Source of the DNA: Nanobdellota archaeon
GTDB taxonomy: Archaea; Nanobdellota; Nanobdellia; Pacearchaeales; GW2011-AR1
Length of the DNA stretch: 38,671 nucleotides
Direction of reading: 5' to 3'
NCBI GenBank assembly: GCA_030640565.1
Contig: DAOWJD010000003.1
Location: 1 to 38,671, forward strand
Shown here: piece by piece, positions 17,611 to 27,203 of the stretch
How positions within the stretch are numbered: position 1 is the first letter of the stretch
Layout of the letters: each line of letters starts with the position of its first letter
Program-made: the position numbers and the translations under genes
Notes under the pieces: generated by a model
Database searches by the model: none
Seen by the model: only the letters and a program-made list of their open reading frames with translations
What the model was told of the DNA's origin: nothing

Positions 17611-20034
17611 ATGACAAAAGATAAAAAGTTCATTTTGATGAACCTTAACGACGAGAGATCAAAGAAAGTTGCAGAGGTTTTGAAAAGTGAAACTTGCAAA
17701 AAAATTCTAGATTACTTGGCAGAGAACAAAGAAAAATCAGAAGAAGACATTGCAAACGATTTGGAAATGCCAATTAATACAGTTGAATATAACTTGAAAA
17801 AACTTCTTGAATCAGGATTGATAGAAAAAGCAAAAAAATTCTATTGGAGCAAAAGAGGCAAAAAAATAATTTTATACAAACCAGCAAACAGACATATAGT
17901 AATCTCTCCAAAAAGAAAACCTAGTATGAATGAGCTTAGAACAGTTCTTCCAGTAATTATTGTAGCAGTAGCATTAATCGCATTAATTATTCTTTCAAAT
18001 CAACCCATACAAACAGAATCAAACGATATTCAAACATTTTCCTCATTAGGAGAATTGAAAAGCTTTTTAGAGGAAAATCAAGGAGGTGGAATCTATAGTG
18101 CAGGTGTTGGAGGAGCTAATATGGAAGGATTTTCAGCTTCTGTTGGAGAAAGAACAAAAGAATCTGCTACAGCTCCAGCAAAAACAAGTGCAGATGATTT
18201 TTCAACAACAAACATCCAGGTAGAAGGTGTTGATGAAGCAGATATTGTAAAGAACGACGGAAAATACATTTATATAATTTCAGGAAAAAGACTATTTATT
18301 GTAGATGCTTTTCCTGCAGAAAACATGGAAATACTTTCAGAAACAGAACTTGAAGGTTATCCCACTGAAATGTTTGTTAATAAAGATAAATTAGTCTTGT
18401 TTGTAAGTTCATACAAAAATAGACCAGAAACAGCTGCATTAATTTATGACATAACAGACAGAGAAAACCCAGAACTTGAAAACGAATTTTCAATTGATGG
18501 AAACTACGTCACTTCAAGAATGATTGGAAGCCATGTGTATTTAATCGCAAACCAGTACACTTATTTTGATGATGTTGTATTGCCCGGAGTTTCTGTTGAT
18601 GGATTGAGAAAGGAAATAGCACCATCTGAAATATCCTACTTCCCAACCTCAGATGCAAATTATGCTTTTACAAACATTTTAGCTTTTAATTTAGAAGATA
18701 ATCAATATGAATCACAAACTTACTTGACAGGAACAAGCTCTATAGTTTATGTTTCAGAAGATAATATTTATTTGACTTACACAAAAAGAATAAGTGAACA
18801 AATCTATTTTGAAGAAGCTGTTGAAGAAATAATTTTGCCTTTGCTTCCATCTGACCTAAAAAGTGAGGTAAAAGAAATTATGTCTTCAAATAAACAATAT
18901 CTCGAAAAATCAGAAGAGATTTCTGAAATAATCCAAGATTATTCAAACTCTTTAACAGGAAAGAAAAAATCAGATTTTGACAGAAAACTCCAAGAAAGAA
19001 TAAATGATTTTGCTCTTACTTTACAAAAGAGATTAGAGAAAACAGTTGTCCACAAAATTGAAATCAAAGGATTAGAAATAGATTACATTACAAATAATGA
19101 AGTTCCTGGAAGGATTTTGAATCAATTTTCAATGGATGAACACAAAGGGAATTTTAGGATAACTACAACAACCGGGAATATGTGGAGCTCTGATTCAAGT
19201 TTGAATCATTTATATGTTTTAGATAAAGATTTAGAAATAATTGGAAGTGTTGAAGATTTGGCAAAAGGCGAGAGAATTTACTCTACAAGATTTATGGGTG
19301 ATAGAGCATATGTGGTAACATTTAGACAAGTTGATCCTTTATTTGTAATTGATTTATCAAACCCAGAAAAACCAGAAGTTTTAGGTTATTTAAAAGTCAC
19401 AGGGTTTTCTAGCTACTTGCATCCTTATGATGAAAACCACATTATAGGAATTGGAAAAGAAGCAACAGAAACAGGAAGAGTGCAAGGAGTAAAAATAGCA
19501 TTATTTGATGTCTCAGATGTTTCAAATCCTATAGAAAAAGCAAAATATGAAGTTAAAAAGCAGTGGAGTGATTCAAATGCACTTTATGATCACAAAGCAT
19601 TTTTGTTTGACAAGGAAAAAGAATTGTTAGTACTACCAATTTCCTATTCAGAGCAATCAACAGATCAAGAAGACTTGAAAAGATATGAATACTGGCAAGG
19701 AGCTTTTGTGTTTAAAATAAATACAGAAGAAATAACACTTAGAGGTAAGATAGATCATAAAGGAGACAAAGACGAAAGAGGATATTATTACAGTCCAACA
19801 GCTGTTAAAAGATCATTATATATGGATGATGTTTTATACACAATTTCAGAAGCAAAAGTAAAAGCAAGTTCTTTAATAGATTTAAATGAAATAAGCGTTA
19901 TTGATCTATCTTCCGAACAACCTCCAATTTATTATTCAAAAGAGATTGAAAGAGATAGGGATGTTTTAGAAACAGATGATATTAGTTTACCTATCGAGGA
20001 ACCAATTATAGAACCAACAATTAAAGTTAATTAA
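17611..20034 (+). CDS. ArsR-like wHTH, single TM and extracellular beta-propeller (Beta_propel/COG4880-like) fusion
   Basis: N-terminal HTH (KKILDYL..SEEDIANDLEMPINTVEYNLKKLLESGLIE), TM VLPVIIVAVALIALIIL, then STTNIQVEGVDEADIVKNDG, LNQFSMDE, GERIYSTRFMGDRAYVVTFRQVDPLFVIDL; ATG 17611 chosen by TATA spacing. Confidence 0.85.
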   Translation: MTKDKKFILMNLNDERSKKVAEVLKSETCKKILDYLAENKEKSEEDIANDLEMPINTVEYNLKKLLESGLIEKAKKFYWSKRGKKIILYKPANRHIVISPKRKPSMNELRTVLPVIIVAVALIALIILSNQPIQTESNDIQTFSSLGELKSFLEENQGGGIYSAGVGGANMEGFSASVGERTKESATAPAKTSADDFSTTNIQVEGVDEADIVKNDGKYIYIISGKRLFIVDAFPAENMEILSETELEGYPTEMFVNKDKLVLFVSSYKNRPETAALIYDITDRENPELENEFSIDGNYVTSRMIGSHVYLIANQYTYFDDVVLPGVSVDGLRKEIAPSEISYFPTSDANYAFTNILAFNLEDNQYESQTYLTGTSSIVYVSEDNIYLTYTKRISEQIYFEEAVEEIILPLLPSDLKSEVKEIMSSNKQYLEKSEEISEIIQDYSNSLTGKKKSDFDRKLQERINDFALTLQKRLEKTVVHKIEIKGLEIDYITNNEVPGRILNQFSMDEHKGNFRITTTTGNMWSSDSSLNHLYVLDKDLEIIGSVEDLAKGERIYSTRFMGDRAYVVTFRQVDPLFVIDLSNPEKPEVLGYLKVTGFSSYLHPYDENHIIGIGKEATETGRVQGVKIALFDVSDVSNPIEKAKYEVKKQWSDSNALYDHKAFLFDKEKELLVLPISYSEQSTDQEDLKRYEYWQGAFVFKINTEEITLRGKIDHKGDKDERGYYYSPTAVKRSLYMDDVLYTISEAKVKASSLIDLNEISVIDLSSEQPPIYYSKEIERDRDVLETDDISLPIEEPIIEPTIKVN

Positions 20035-20098
20035 TCATCAATAAACCAATATTTTTACAGTAAGAAAAATTTATTAATTATAATTTCTTCAATATATT

Positions 20099-20449
20099 AT
20101 GTGGAAAAATTTAGCTCCAAAAATAATCAGGCAAAGACTTATAATAGAGGGAAAAGCACTGAATTTAATAGACGATAAACAACTCAAAGAATATCTTTCA
20201 AAATTATCTGATAAATTAGAAATGACTACTCTTACAGAACCAATAGCCCATCTATCTAAAAAATACGGGTGGGCAGGATGGATACACTGGGATTCTTCAG
20301 GATGTCATTTTTATGCATGGGATAAACCTTTTCCTTTCTTTAGCGTAGATATTTATACATGCAAACCTTTTTCAGTTGAAAAAGCAGTTGAATTTACAAA
20401 GAAGTTTTTCAATACAAGAGAAATTGTCTGGAAAGAAGTTAAAGTCTAA
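20099..20449 (+). CDS. S-adenosylmethionine decarboxylase-like proenzyme (divergent)
   Basis: 116 aa; WIHWDSSGCHFYAW...SVDIYTCKPF resembles class 1B AdoMetDC (ESHISIHTW...DIFTCG). Confidence 0.65.
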   Translation: MWKNLAPKIIRQRLIIEGKALNLIDDKQLKEYLSKLSDKLEMTTLTEPIAHLSKKYGWAGWIHWDSSGCHFYAWDKPFPFFSVDIYTCKPFSVEKAVEFTKKFFNTREIVWKEVKV

Positions 20450-20450
20450 A

Positions 20451-20858
20451 TTATCCCTTAAGAAGCAGCTCAATCTTCTTCGGATTTCTTTTTATTTCTT
20501 TTATTATTGTTGCAGGGCCGATAATTGTTACAGCACCCATGTCTTCTCCTGCAATGCTGTTTGCTAGGTTTCTCTTAAATCTGCCAAAAAATCCACCGCT
20601 TTTGCCTCCATTGCCAGAAATTACTGCAAGCTCTATACCTTTAAAATTCTTAACATGACCCATCATAGCCATAGTGTCTTCTATAAGCCTGGTTTCTTCT
20701 TCAGGCTCAAGTTTTCCCTGAATTATCAAAATATTATTTCCTAAAACTATATTCAATATCCTCTTAATCCTCTTAGTACTATCCAAACCCCTTATTTCAG
20801 AATAAGGAAGGAATTGAATTGAAAACCCTTTTATTTTCCCCAGCCTTTTTTTCACCAT
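20451..20858 (-). CDS. oapB: OapB/DUF2073-like protein
   Basis: LEPEEETRLIEDTM...FKGIE and TIIGPA..IKEIKR motifs; lies downstream of the GTPase. Confidence 0.8.
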   Translation of the reverse strand: MVKKRLGKIKGFSIQFLPYSEIRGLDSTKRIKRILNIVLGNNILIIQGKLEPEEETRLIEDTMAMMGHVKNFKGIELAVISGNGGKSGGFFGRFKRNLANSIAGEDMGAVTIIGPATIIKEIKRNPKKIELLLKG

Positions 20859-20908
20859 CTTTTCTATGATATATATTGGAAAATATACTTTTTAACTTTT
20901 ACTTACGA

Positions 20909-20926
20909 CGCGAATTTTAATTCGCG
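20909..20926. repeat. Palindrome CGCGAATT-TT-AATTCGCG
   Basis: Perfect 8-bp arms with CGCG ends in an AT-rich intergenic spacer. Confidence 0.7.
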
Positions 20927-20951
20927 GATGTTTATGTTTAATTTTTAATAT

Positions 20952-21593
20952 TTAGACTTTCTTTGCAAGTTTAAAGATTGATTCATAAAACTCCTCGATG
21001 TTTTTTCCGTATTTTGCACTTATCCCGACAACATCATACTCAGGGAATGCTGCCTCAACCTTTTTTAAATTAGCTCTTTTCAAATCAATTTTGTTTGCAA
21101 CTATTAAAACAGGAATCTTTCTTGCAACAAGATTTCCTATAATAGTAATATTGACCTGATTGTAAGGATTCTGGATAGCATCTAAAACAATTACAACAAC
21201 ATCCATATCATCTAGCCATTTTATTGATTCAATAACTCCTTGTGTAGCTTCTTTAGCCCTGGTTTTAGCCTCTTTTTTCTTTAGTTTGAATTTTAAGAAA
21301 TCTTCATAATCTATTTTTGTGGCAATTCCAGGAGTATCTATTATTTTAAAAGTCATTTTTCTCCCCTTATAACTTATTTCAACTTTTTCTTTAAATTGGA
21401 TAGTTCTTGTTTCATGAGGTATCTTGCTCGTCTTTCCTATCTCTTTATCTGTAAAATCTTTACATATCCTATTAGCTAAACTTGTCTTCCCTGCGTTTGG
21501 TGGTCCATAAAATCCAAGCTTCAGCTCTTTTTTCTGCCCAAATATGTTAAAGAAAATCTTCTTGAAAAAATTTCCAAATGCTTTTCCTACCAT
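20952..21593 (-). CDS. oapA: Era-like small GTPase, OapA-like
   Basis: G1 GPPNAGKTS, G2 PHETR, G3 DTPG, G4 NKID, G5 SA; EATQGVIE motif. Confidence 0.88.
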   Translation of the reverse strand: MVGKAFGNFFKKIFFNIFGQKKELKLGFYGPPNAGKTSLANRICKDFTDKEIGKTSKIPHETRTIQFKEKVEISYKGRKMTFKIIDTPGIATKIDYEDFLKFKLKKKEAKTRAKEATQGVIESIKWLDDMDVVVIVLDAIQNPYNQVNITIIGNLVARKIPVLIVANKIDLKRANLKKVEAAFPEYDVVGISAKYGKNIEEFYESIFKLAKKV

Positions 21594-21647
21594 AATAAAT
21601 TTTATTAAACAGGCTTATTAAATTTTTGTGTGATTATTTGATAATTA

Positions 21648-24338
21648 TTACTTTCTTGACACATTTTTCCATCCTTTATGGGGATTATCTTTTTTTATCT
21701 TTTTTGCTAAACGTATAGGAATTCTAGCCATCCCTGTTCTTTTTCCTTTATATTTTTTCATAACATATTTTCTCTGTTCAGAGCCCCATCCAGATTTTCT
21801 AAGACTTCGAATAATTTTTCTATTATCTAATCCCTTCTTTTTTGAGCTATCCACATATGTAACAATATTATAAAGATCATTTCTGTTTTTGAATAAATAC
21901 TTTTCATATCTTCTTTTATACCAATGATAAATTATCACATAAACTATAATCCCTATAATTACTAAAGAAACCAAACTTAAGATAAGGACAATCATATTTC
22001 GTCTTTCTGGTTCTTCAGAAGGACTTGAAGTATCACTCACAACAAGCTTGTTAATTGGGGGCGCAATAAATGCAGGAAGGTTACTAAACTCAACATCTTC
22101 TGTTGTGTAAAAACTAACTCTTGAAACATCTTTTAAATTCACATAAATAAAATCACCTTTTTCTTCTACGTTTCTATCAAAAACAATACCTTGAAGTTTT
22201 GGAATAATTAAGTAATAATCATAGATTATATCTTTTTTTTCAGTCAGTCTTATTTCAAAAATATTAACTAAAGAATCCACCACTGAATCATACTCTCCAG
22301 AAAATTCATTAAAATCCATTATCAAATCAACATTTTCTTGCTGCCATGTAAAAACAGCATCTCTGTAATTTTCAATTTTTTTTGAATCATAATTTCCACC
22401 ACCAATAGACTGAACAATATCCATATCAATAAAACTTTTTTCAGGAAAGAACGAAAACGAATTCGCTTGTTTTGTTTTAAATATATTCTCAGGAAGCCTT
22501 TTTTTAAGAGCAAGAAGATCTCCAACTATCGCAATATATTCAGTGTGATTTGTTGCTACACTAAATTGCTGCTCAAGTCTTTCCAATTCAGAACTTATAT
22601 TTTCTATTCTTAAGACAGAATTAAGACTTGTTTGATAGAATGTGTCTTGGTTTTGAATATCTATTCTTAGATTTCGGAGATTTATATCCATTTTATTTAA
22701 GGTGGTATTTATTAAATCTTTAGGAGAGCTTACATTAATTTCAAATGTTTTTGAAGAACTAAATCCTCTTGTGTCTGTTACAGTTACCTGTAAATCATAG
22801 AGACCTATCACAGAATAAATATGAATGCCTTTATTTATAGAGGTTGTTTCAGTACTGCCATCTCCAAAATCCCAAGAATAATCAACCACTTCTATATCTA
22901 TGGGAGAAACAACTTCAACTACGAATTCAGTAGGAAATGTGGTGGCTGTTTCCACAGGTGTTAAAGATTTTATTATAGGTACATCTTTAACTTCTATGTC
23001 TTCTGAAAAAATTTCTTCATCATCTAGTTTTAAAGAAAGACTATAATTATCAAGATTAGATGGCACTGAAAATCCTGCTTTATCAAGGAAAAGTCTTTGA
23101 TAATCAGAACTTATCTTTGCAAAATCTTCTGTTAATTCATAAATAGTTGTTGTAGAGGAAGAAATTCCTGCCATATAAGATAAGCTTATGTCTGAGACCA
23201 CTATTTCCTGATTATCTGCACCAGATGCAAATTTAATAGGAATAATACACTCATTAGAACAATCCCTCTCGTACTTTGCTATAATATAATTAAAAATTTC
23301 ATCTTCTATCACTAAATCGCTTCCAGAATTATCCATTTCTGTATCATTTAAGATAAAACTCCCTACGTCATCATAGTATGATGCTTGAGCGAAAATTTCA
23401 AAATCATAAGTATATGCATTATAAAAAAAATCTGTAAAACCGCACACATTATTTTCTTCATGCCTTACCCCATATTTGTCAATGTCTGCTGAGCTTGTTG
23501 TTTTTATACACACAAAAAAATCCCGTGGCTGAGTTGTCTTTAAATTAGAAATAGTACAACTTATTTTTCCAGAACTAGATATATTCTGGATGCAAGATTT
23601 ACGGTCTCCAGTGATTTTATCACGAATAGATATTGTAAAATTAACATTTCCTCCAGTTATTTCTTGAACCTTAGCCCCTATTTTAACTTGGGGGAAAATA
23701 GGCATAGAAATTTCTTGGCAATATTCTGTTGTTGTAATTTGTGCTAATTCTTCTGAATCATCTTCTTCAAAACAACCATAATCTTCTGTCTGATATTGTT
23801 CATATGGTTTATATGCTCTCCAATCAGTTTCATTGTTATCTAATACATCTATAACAAGCTGAGGAACAGATGAAGAGGTAGAATTACTATTTATTCCCAT
23901 AGAAAAAGAAGAGATTGATCCTATTGGCTGAGAACTGGAAATTTTCAAACCAAGAATTTCTGAATCTCCCGAATCTAAAATAAAAGTCTTTGAGGTTTCC
24001 CCATTGGTTGCAGAATAGTCTTTTCCACAATCTAACGGGATGCAGGTGCATGAATCTTTATAAGCAGGATTTTTATCAAGTAACTCTTGAAGACTTGTTG
24101 AATTTCCAGGAGAATTGTCAAAAAAAGAAGAGAAAACAGAGTTTGCAGATTTTTCATCAAAGCTAATATTTATCCAACCATTAATATCAGCTAAAGGCCC
24201 ATATATTTTTTCTATAGAATGGCTAGGTTCCCCAACCATATAACTCCCAGCAAGCGATGATACAAAAATACCTATAGAAAATACAATTAAACCTAACATT
24301 ACAAGCATTTTAACATACTTTTTCAAATAAAACCCCAT
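21648..24338 (-). CDS. Large cell-surface protein with a PKD domain, C-terminal TM anchor and cytoplasmic tail
   Basis: N-terminal hydrophobic signal; PKD motif YSWDFGDG...HIYS..GLYDLQVTVTD; many N-x-S/T sequons; TM near the C-terminus; start set at the SD-preceded ATG 24338. Confidence 0.8.
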   Translation of the reverse strand: MGFYLKKYVKMLVMLGLIVFSIGIFVSSLAGSYMVGEPSHSIEKIYGPLADINGWINISFDEKSANSVFSSFFDNSPGNSTSLQELLDKNPAYKDSCTCIPLDCGKDYSATNGETSKTFILDSGDSEILGLKISSSQPIGSISSFSMGINSNSTSSSVPQLVIDVLDNNETDWRAYKPYEQYQTEDYGCFEEDDSEELAQITTTEYCQEISMPIFPQVKIGAKVQEITGGNVNFTISIRDKITGDRKSCIQNISSSGKISCTISNLKTTQPRDFFVCIKTTSSADIDKYGVRHEENNVCGFTDFFYNAYTYDFEIFAQASYYDDVGSFILNDTEMDNSGSDLVIEDEIFNYIIAKYERDCSNECIIPIKFASGADNQEIVVSDISLSYMAGISSSTTTIYELTEDFAKISSDYQRLFLDKAGFSVPSNLDNYSLSLKLDDEEIFSEDIEVKDVPIIKSLTPVETATTFPTEFVVEVVSPIDIEVVDYSWDFGDGSTETTSINKGIHIYSVIGLYDLQVTVTDTRGFSSSKTFEINVSSPKDLINTTLNKMDINLRNLRIDIQNQDTFYQTSLNSVLRIENISSELERLEQQFSVATNHTEYIAIVGDLLALKKRLPENIFKTKQANSFSFFPEKSFIDMDIVQSIGGGNYDSKKIENYRDAVFTWQQENVDLIMDFNEFSGEYDSVVDSLVNIFEIRLTEKKDIIYDYYLIIPKLQGIVFDRNVEEKGDFIYVNLKDVSRVSFYTTEDVEFSNLPAFIAPPINKLVVSDTSSPSEEPERRNMIVLILSLVSLVIIGIIVYVIIYHWYKRRYEKYLFKNRNDLYNIVTYVDSSKKKGLDNRKIIRSLRKSGWGSEQRKYVMKKYKGKRTGMARIPIRLAKKIKKDNPHKGWKNVSRK

Positions 24339-24412
24339 AATTTCCACCACATCTTTCTTTATTAAAAAAGACAAAACCAGTTTATAAATTTGTTTGTGAA
24401 TTTGGTTTTATT

Positions 24413-25363
24413 TTACTTCCTTCCTTTAAAATAAAAAAAACTTGCCATAATCCCTAAAACAAACAAAACCACTCCAACAATATTAGAATTTTTTTGACTT
24501 AAATTACTAACAACATTTCCTGTAATATTAAATGATAAAAAAGCTAATCCAGCCACCAGACCTCCTACAGCTAAAATTCCTGGGACCAAATTTTCAAGTC
24601 GATTACTTTTTTTACAAATAATCTTTTTATGTGTCTTTGCTAAAGCTGCACTAATTGCTTGTGAAACATATACTCCAAGCTTTGGTATGCTTTTCTCTGT
24701 ACCTTGCGTAGAAATTCTCATTGCTGGTCCTAATTCAATATGATAAGCAATTATACCTTTAGATCTAGCATTTTTAATTGATTTTGAATCCTGACCAGTC
24801 AGTGTAATCCTATCATAATTGCCAGAAACCCGCAACTTTTTTAATTTAGAGGCAATTTCAGGTTCTTGATTCTTGATTTTACTACTAATATTTTTCAATT
24901 GATTTTTTATCTTTTTAGCTAAATGTTCAGAATATGATGAAAGATTTTTAGAACCACAACTAACTTCTACACCAAAAGGTCTTTTCTTTCCTCCTTTATG
25001 ACCATGAATCTCTACAAATATTTCAGGAGATGTATCAATTGTATGTTTGAGATAAGTTCCTTCTAATTTATTTGGATCTCTATTTGCTCTTGTAGCTACA
25101 ATAAGTTGGCCTCTGCAATGATCTGCAATATTTCTTGCTACATAAGCAGTATTATTATCAGCAGGTCTTTTCCCTTTAGCAATTGTATTTTCCCCCTTTG
25201 GAGCATTATGAGGAGCAGCCACAATTATTTCATTCGCTCCAAACTTAGTTTCAATTAAATTATTTCTTTTTTTTAATGCATCATGAAATTCATTAGAATA
25301 AGCAGAATCTTGGCGATTTACTTTCATCTTAAAATATTTATTTTTTGGCATAATTTTCACCAT
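24413..25363 (-). CDS. Putative Zn-dependent amidohydrolase (N-formylglutamate amidohydrolase/poly-gamma-glutamate hydrolase-like fold) with a two-TM C-terminal tail
   Basis: Motifs IVAAPH, RDPN, VEIHG, HIELG; C-terminal TM-NITGNVV-TM-basic end. Confidence 0.55.
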   Translation of the reverse strand: MVKIMPKNKYFKMKVNRQDSAYSNEFHDALKKRNNLIETKFGANEIIVAAPHNAPKGENTIAKGKRPADNNTAYVARNIADHCRGQLIVATRANRDPNKLEGTYLKHTIDTSPEIFVEIHGHKGGKKRPFGVEVSCGSKNLSSYSEHLAKKIKNQLKNISSKIKNQEPEIASKLKKLRVSGNYDRITLTGQDSKSIKNARSKGIIAYHIELGPAMRISTQGTEKSIPKLGVYVSQAISAALAKTHKKIICKKSNRLENLVPGILAVGGLVAGLAFLSFNITGNVVSNLSQKNSNIVGVVLFVLGIMASFFYFKGRK

Positions 25364-26665
25364 CTATTTCTTCTTTTTTGAAAGGATTATTATTGTGTAT
25401 ACCATTGCTATGATAATAAGTGTTGCAACAAGGCTATAAAGATTAAAGAAGGGAAGTGGAATCTGCGCAGGACATGGAGTGTCCCTATGTCCCTCTTTAC
25501 ATTGATCTGCTAAGGCTTGATTCTCTTCTCGACATGTAGGATTACACCCGTCATCCCATGTCCATAAAGCTGTCCAGTCAAATGTTAAAAATCCATCATC
25601 ACAATTATCTTCTGTGAATTGCGTGTAAACACATGTTCCTACTTCAGAACCACCACTCTCAACTGTCCAACTAAAAGCACATTCACTTGTTGTAATATTC
25701 CATGTACAACCACAATTCATTGTTGGGTCTTCACAATCTACAGTAGTTGGAGTACTATCTTGAAGATTAATGTTACAAAAATTAGAATTACAATCATCTT
25801 CATCAGTATAACCTTTACAGAGAATAGGTTCTGGATCATAAGGACATTCAGCAAGAACAAGAAGATCTGGCGTACTACTTGTCACAGTTTCATCTGGGTT
25901 AGCAACAACTGTTGCAACAAAAGAATATTTATCATCATGAGAAGGATTTGCAGTCCATATTCCAGACACACTAGTGCTTCCTGACTCGAAAACAACATTC
26001 TCAGGATTTGTGCATCCACTAATTTCACCATCACAAGCATCAGAACCTCTAAAAACTTCAAAAGAAATAGTTTCTCCATCGCAACTTGTTCCATTAACTA
26101 TTACATCTACATTTGTTTCTTCAACAACTGTTTCAGATTCCCATGTTGCAGATGTTAACTCGCATATTTCAGGATATTCAATTACACAACAAATTTTTGA
26201 CTCATAATTTTGGCTGTCTACAGCTTCAATATGGGCATTTATCAAATTAGATATGTAAACCACTTCGATTTCACCAATTCCACAACTAAATCCTGAATCA
26301 ACACTACTACAATCTTTTAAACTATCATAACAAACATCAGTAGCATAATTTGGAGAGATTAAATCAGGTGCTTCTGCATGAGCATTTGTAGAAGAAGATA
26401 AAGCAATAATTTTATTATTATCTGTACAAGTTGTATCTCCTGTTCCAAAATTACAACATAAAACAGGAACAAAAGTTCCTTGATCTGCCAATGCTCCATG
26501 AGCATTTGTAGAATCAGAAATGCTCATTACAACTTTATATTCATTATTCTCACAATCAGCAGAGCCCCCCATTTCAACCCAGCACATATCAACAGCAGAA
26601 ACAGTGTTAAGTAATATTATTGTTAAAAATAAAAACCCCAGCAGTATCAATATCTTTTTTGACAT
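25364..26665 (-). CDS. Cys-rich secreted, membrane-anchored protein with three SxxxNAH repeats
   Basis: Signal peptide ending VSA; many Cys; C-terminal CPAQIPLPFF, TM and KKKK. Confidence 0.75.
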   Translation of the reverse strand: MSKKILILLGFLFLTIILLNTVSAVDMCWVEMGGSADCENNEYKVVMSISDSTNAHGALADQGTFVPVLCCNFGTGDTTCTDNNKIIALSSSTNAHAEAPDLISPNYATDVCYDSLKDCSSVDSGFSCGIGEIEVVYISNLINAHIEAVDSQNYESKICCVIEYPEICELTSATWESETVVEETNVDVIVNGTSCDGETISFEVFRGSDACDGEISGCTNPENVVFESGSTSVSGIWTANPSHDDKYSFVATVVANPDETVTSSTPDLLVLAECPYDPEPILCKGYTDEDDCNSNFCNINLQDSTPTTVDCEDPTMNCGCTWNITTSECAFSWTVESGGSEVGTCVYTQFTEDNCDDGFLTFDWTALWTWDDGCNPTCREENQALADQCKEGHRDTPCPAQIPLPFFNLYSLVATLIIIAMVYTIIILSKKKK

Positions 26666-26691
26666 TTTTAATTGAATTTTATTATTTATTT

Positions 26692-27123
26692 TTATCTGCA
26701 ACAAACTTGTCCTTGTATTGGAGGATTATCAGATGAAACCAATTTTCTTATTATTTTAATTCCACTTTGAACACATTCCCCATTTGCATCAGCAGTTTTC
26801 CATGTTCCTCCTAACCCTGTTACACATGTTTGGTCTGATTCTTGTTGAACAAAACAAGATATTGCAGGACATGTTTCAACATTATATTCTGTGTATAAAG
26901 AATTTTTTGAAAGCTCATCACATGTAGTTATTAATTCATTAGTTACCTTTCTTTCAACAACACAAAAAGCTGTTTTTTGGTTACTTTCACAAGCAAAACT
27001 GCACTGAACATCAATGGGATTTGGTTCTTCTCCTTCTTTATCTAAAATTAAAACAATTCCTACTATAATAACTATTAAAACAAGAATAGCTATAATAACC
27101 CAAATAAGTTTTTTATTACCCAT
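26692..27123 (-). CDS. Small Cys-rich protein with an N-terminal membrane anchor
   Basis: MGNKK, hydrophobic helix, ten Cys. Confidence 0.7.
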   Translation of the reverse strand: MGNKKLIWVIIAILVLIVIIVGIVLILDKEGEEPNPIDVQCSFACESNQKTAFCVVERKVTNELITTCDELSKNSLYTEYNVETCPAISCFVQQESDQTCVTGLGGTWKTADANGECVQSGIKIIRKLVSSDNPPIQGQVCCR

Positions 27124-27203
27124 CTCTTTTTTTACCTAGATATATTAATAAGTTCTATTTTATAAATATTCTTCTTTTATCCTATATCTTTTGTAAAAAA
27201 ATT

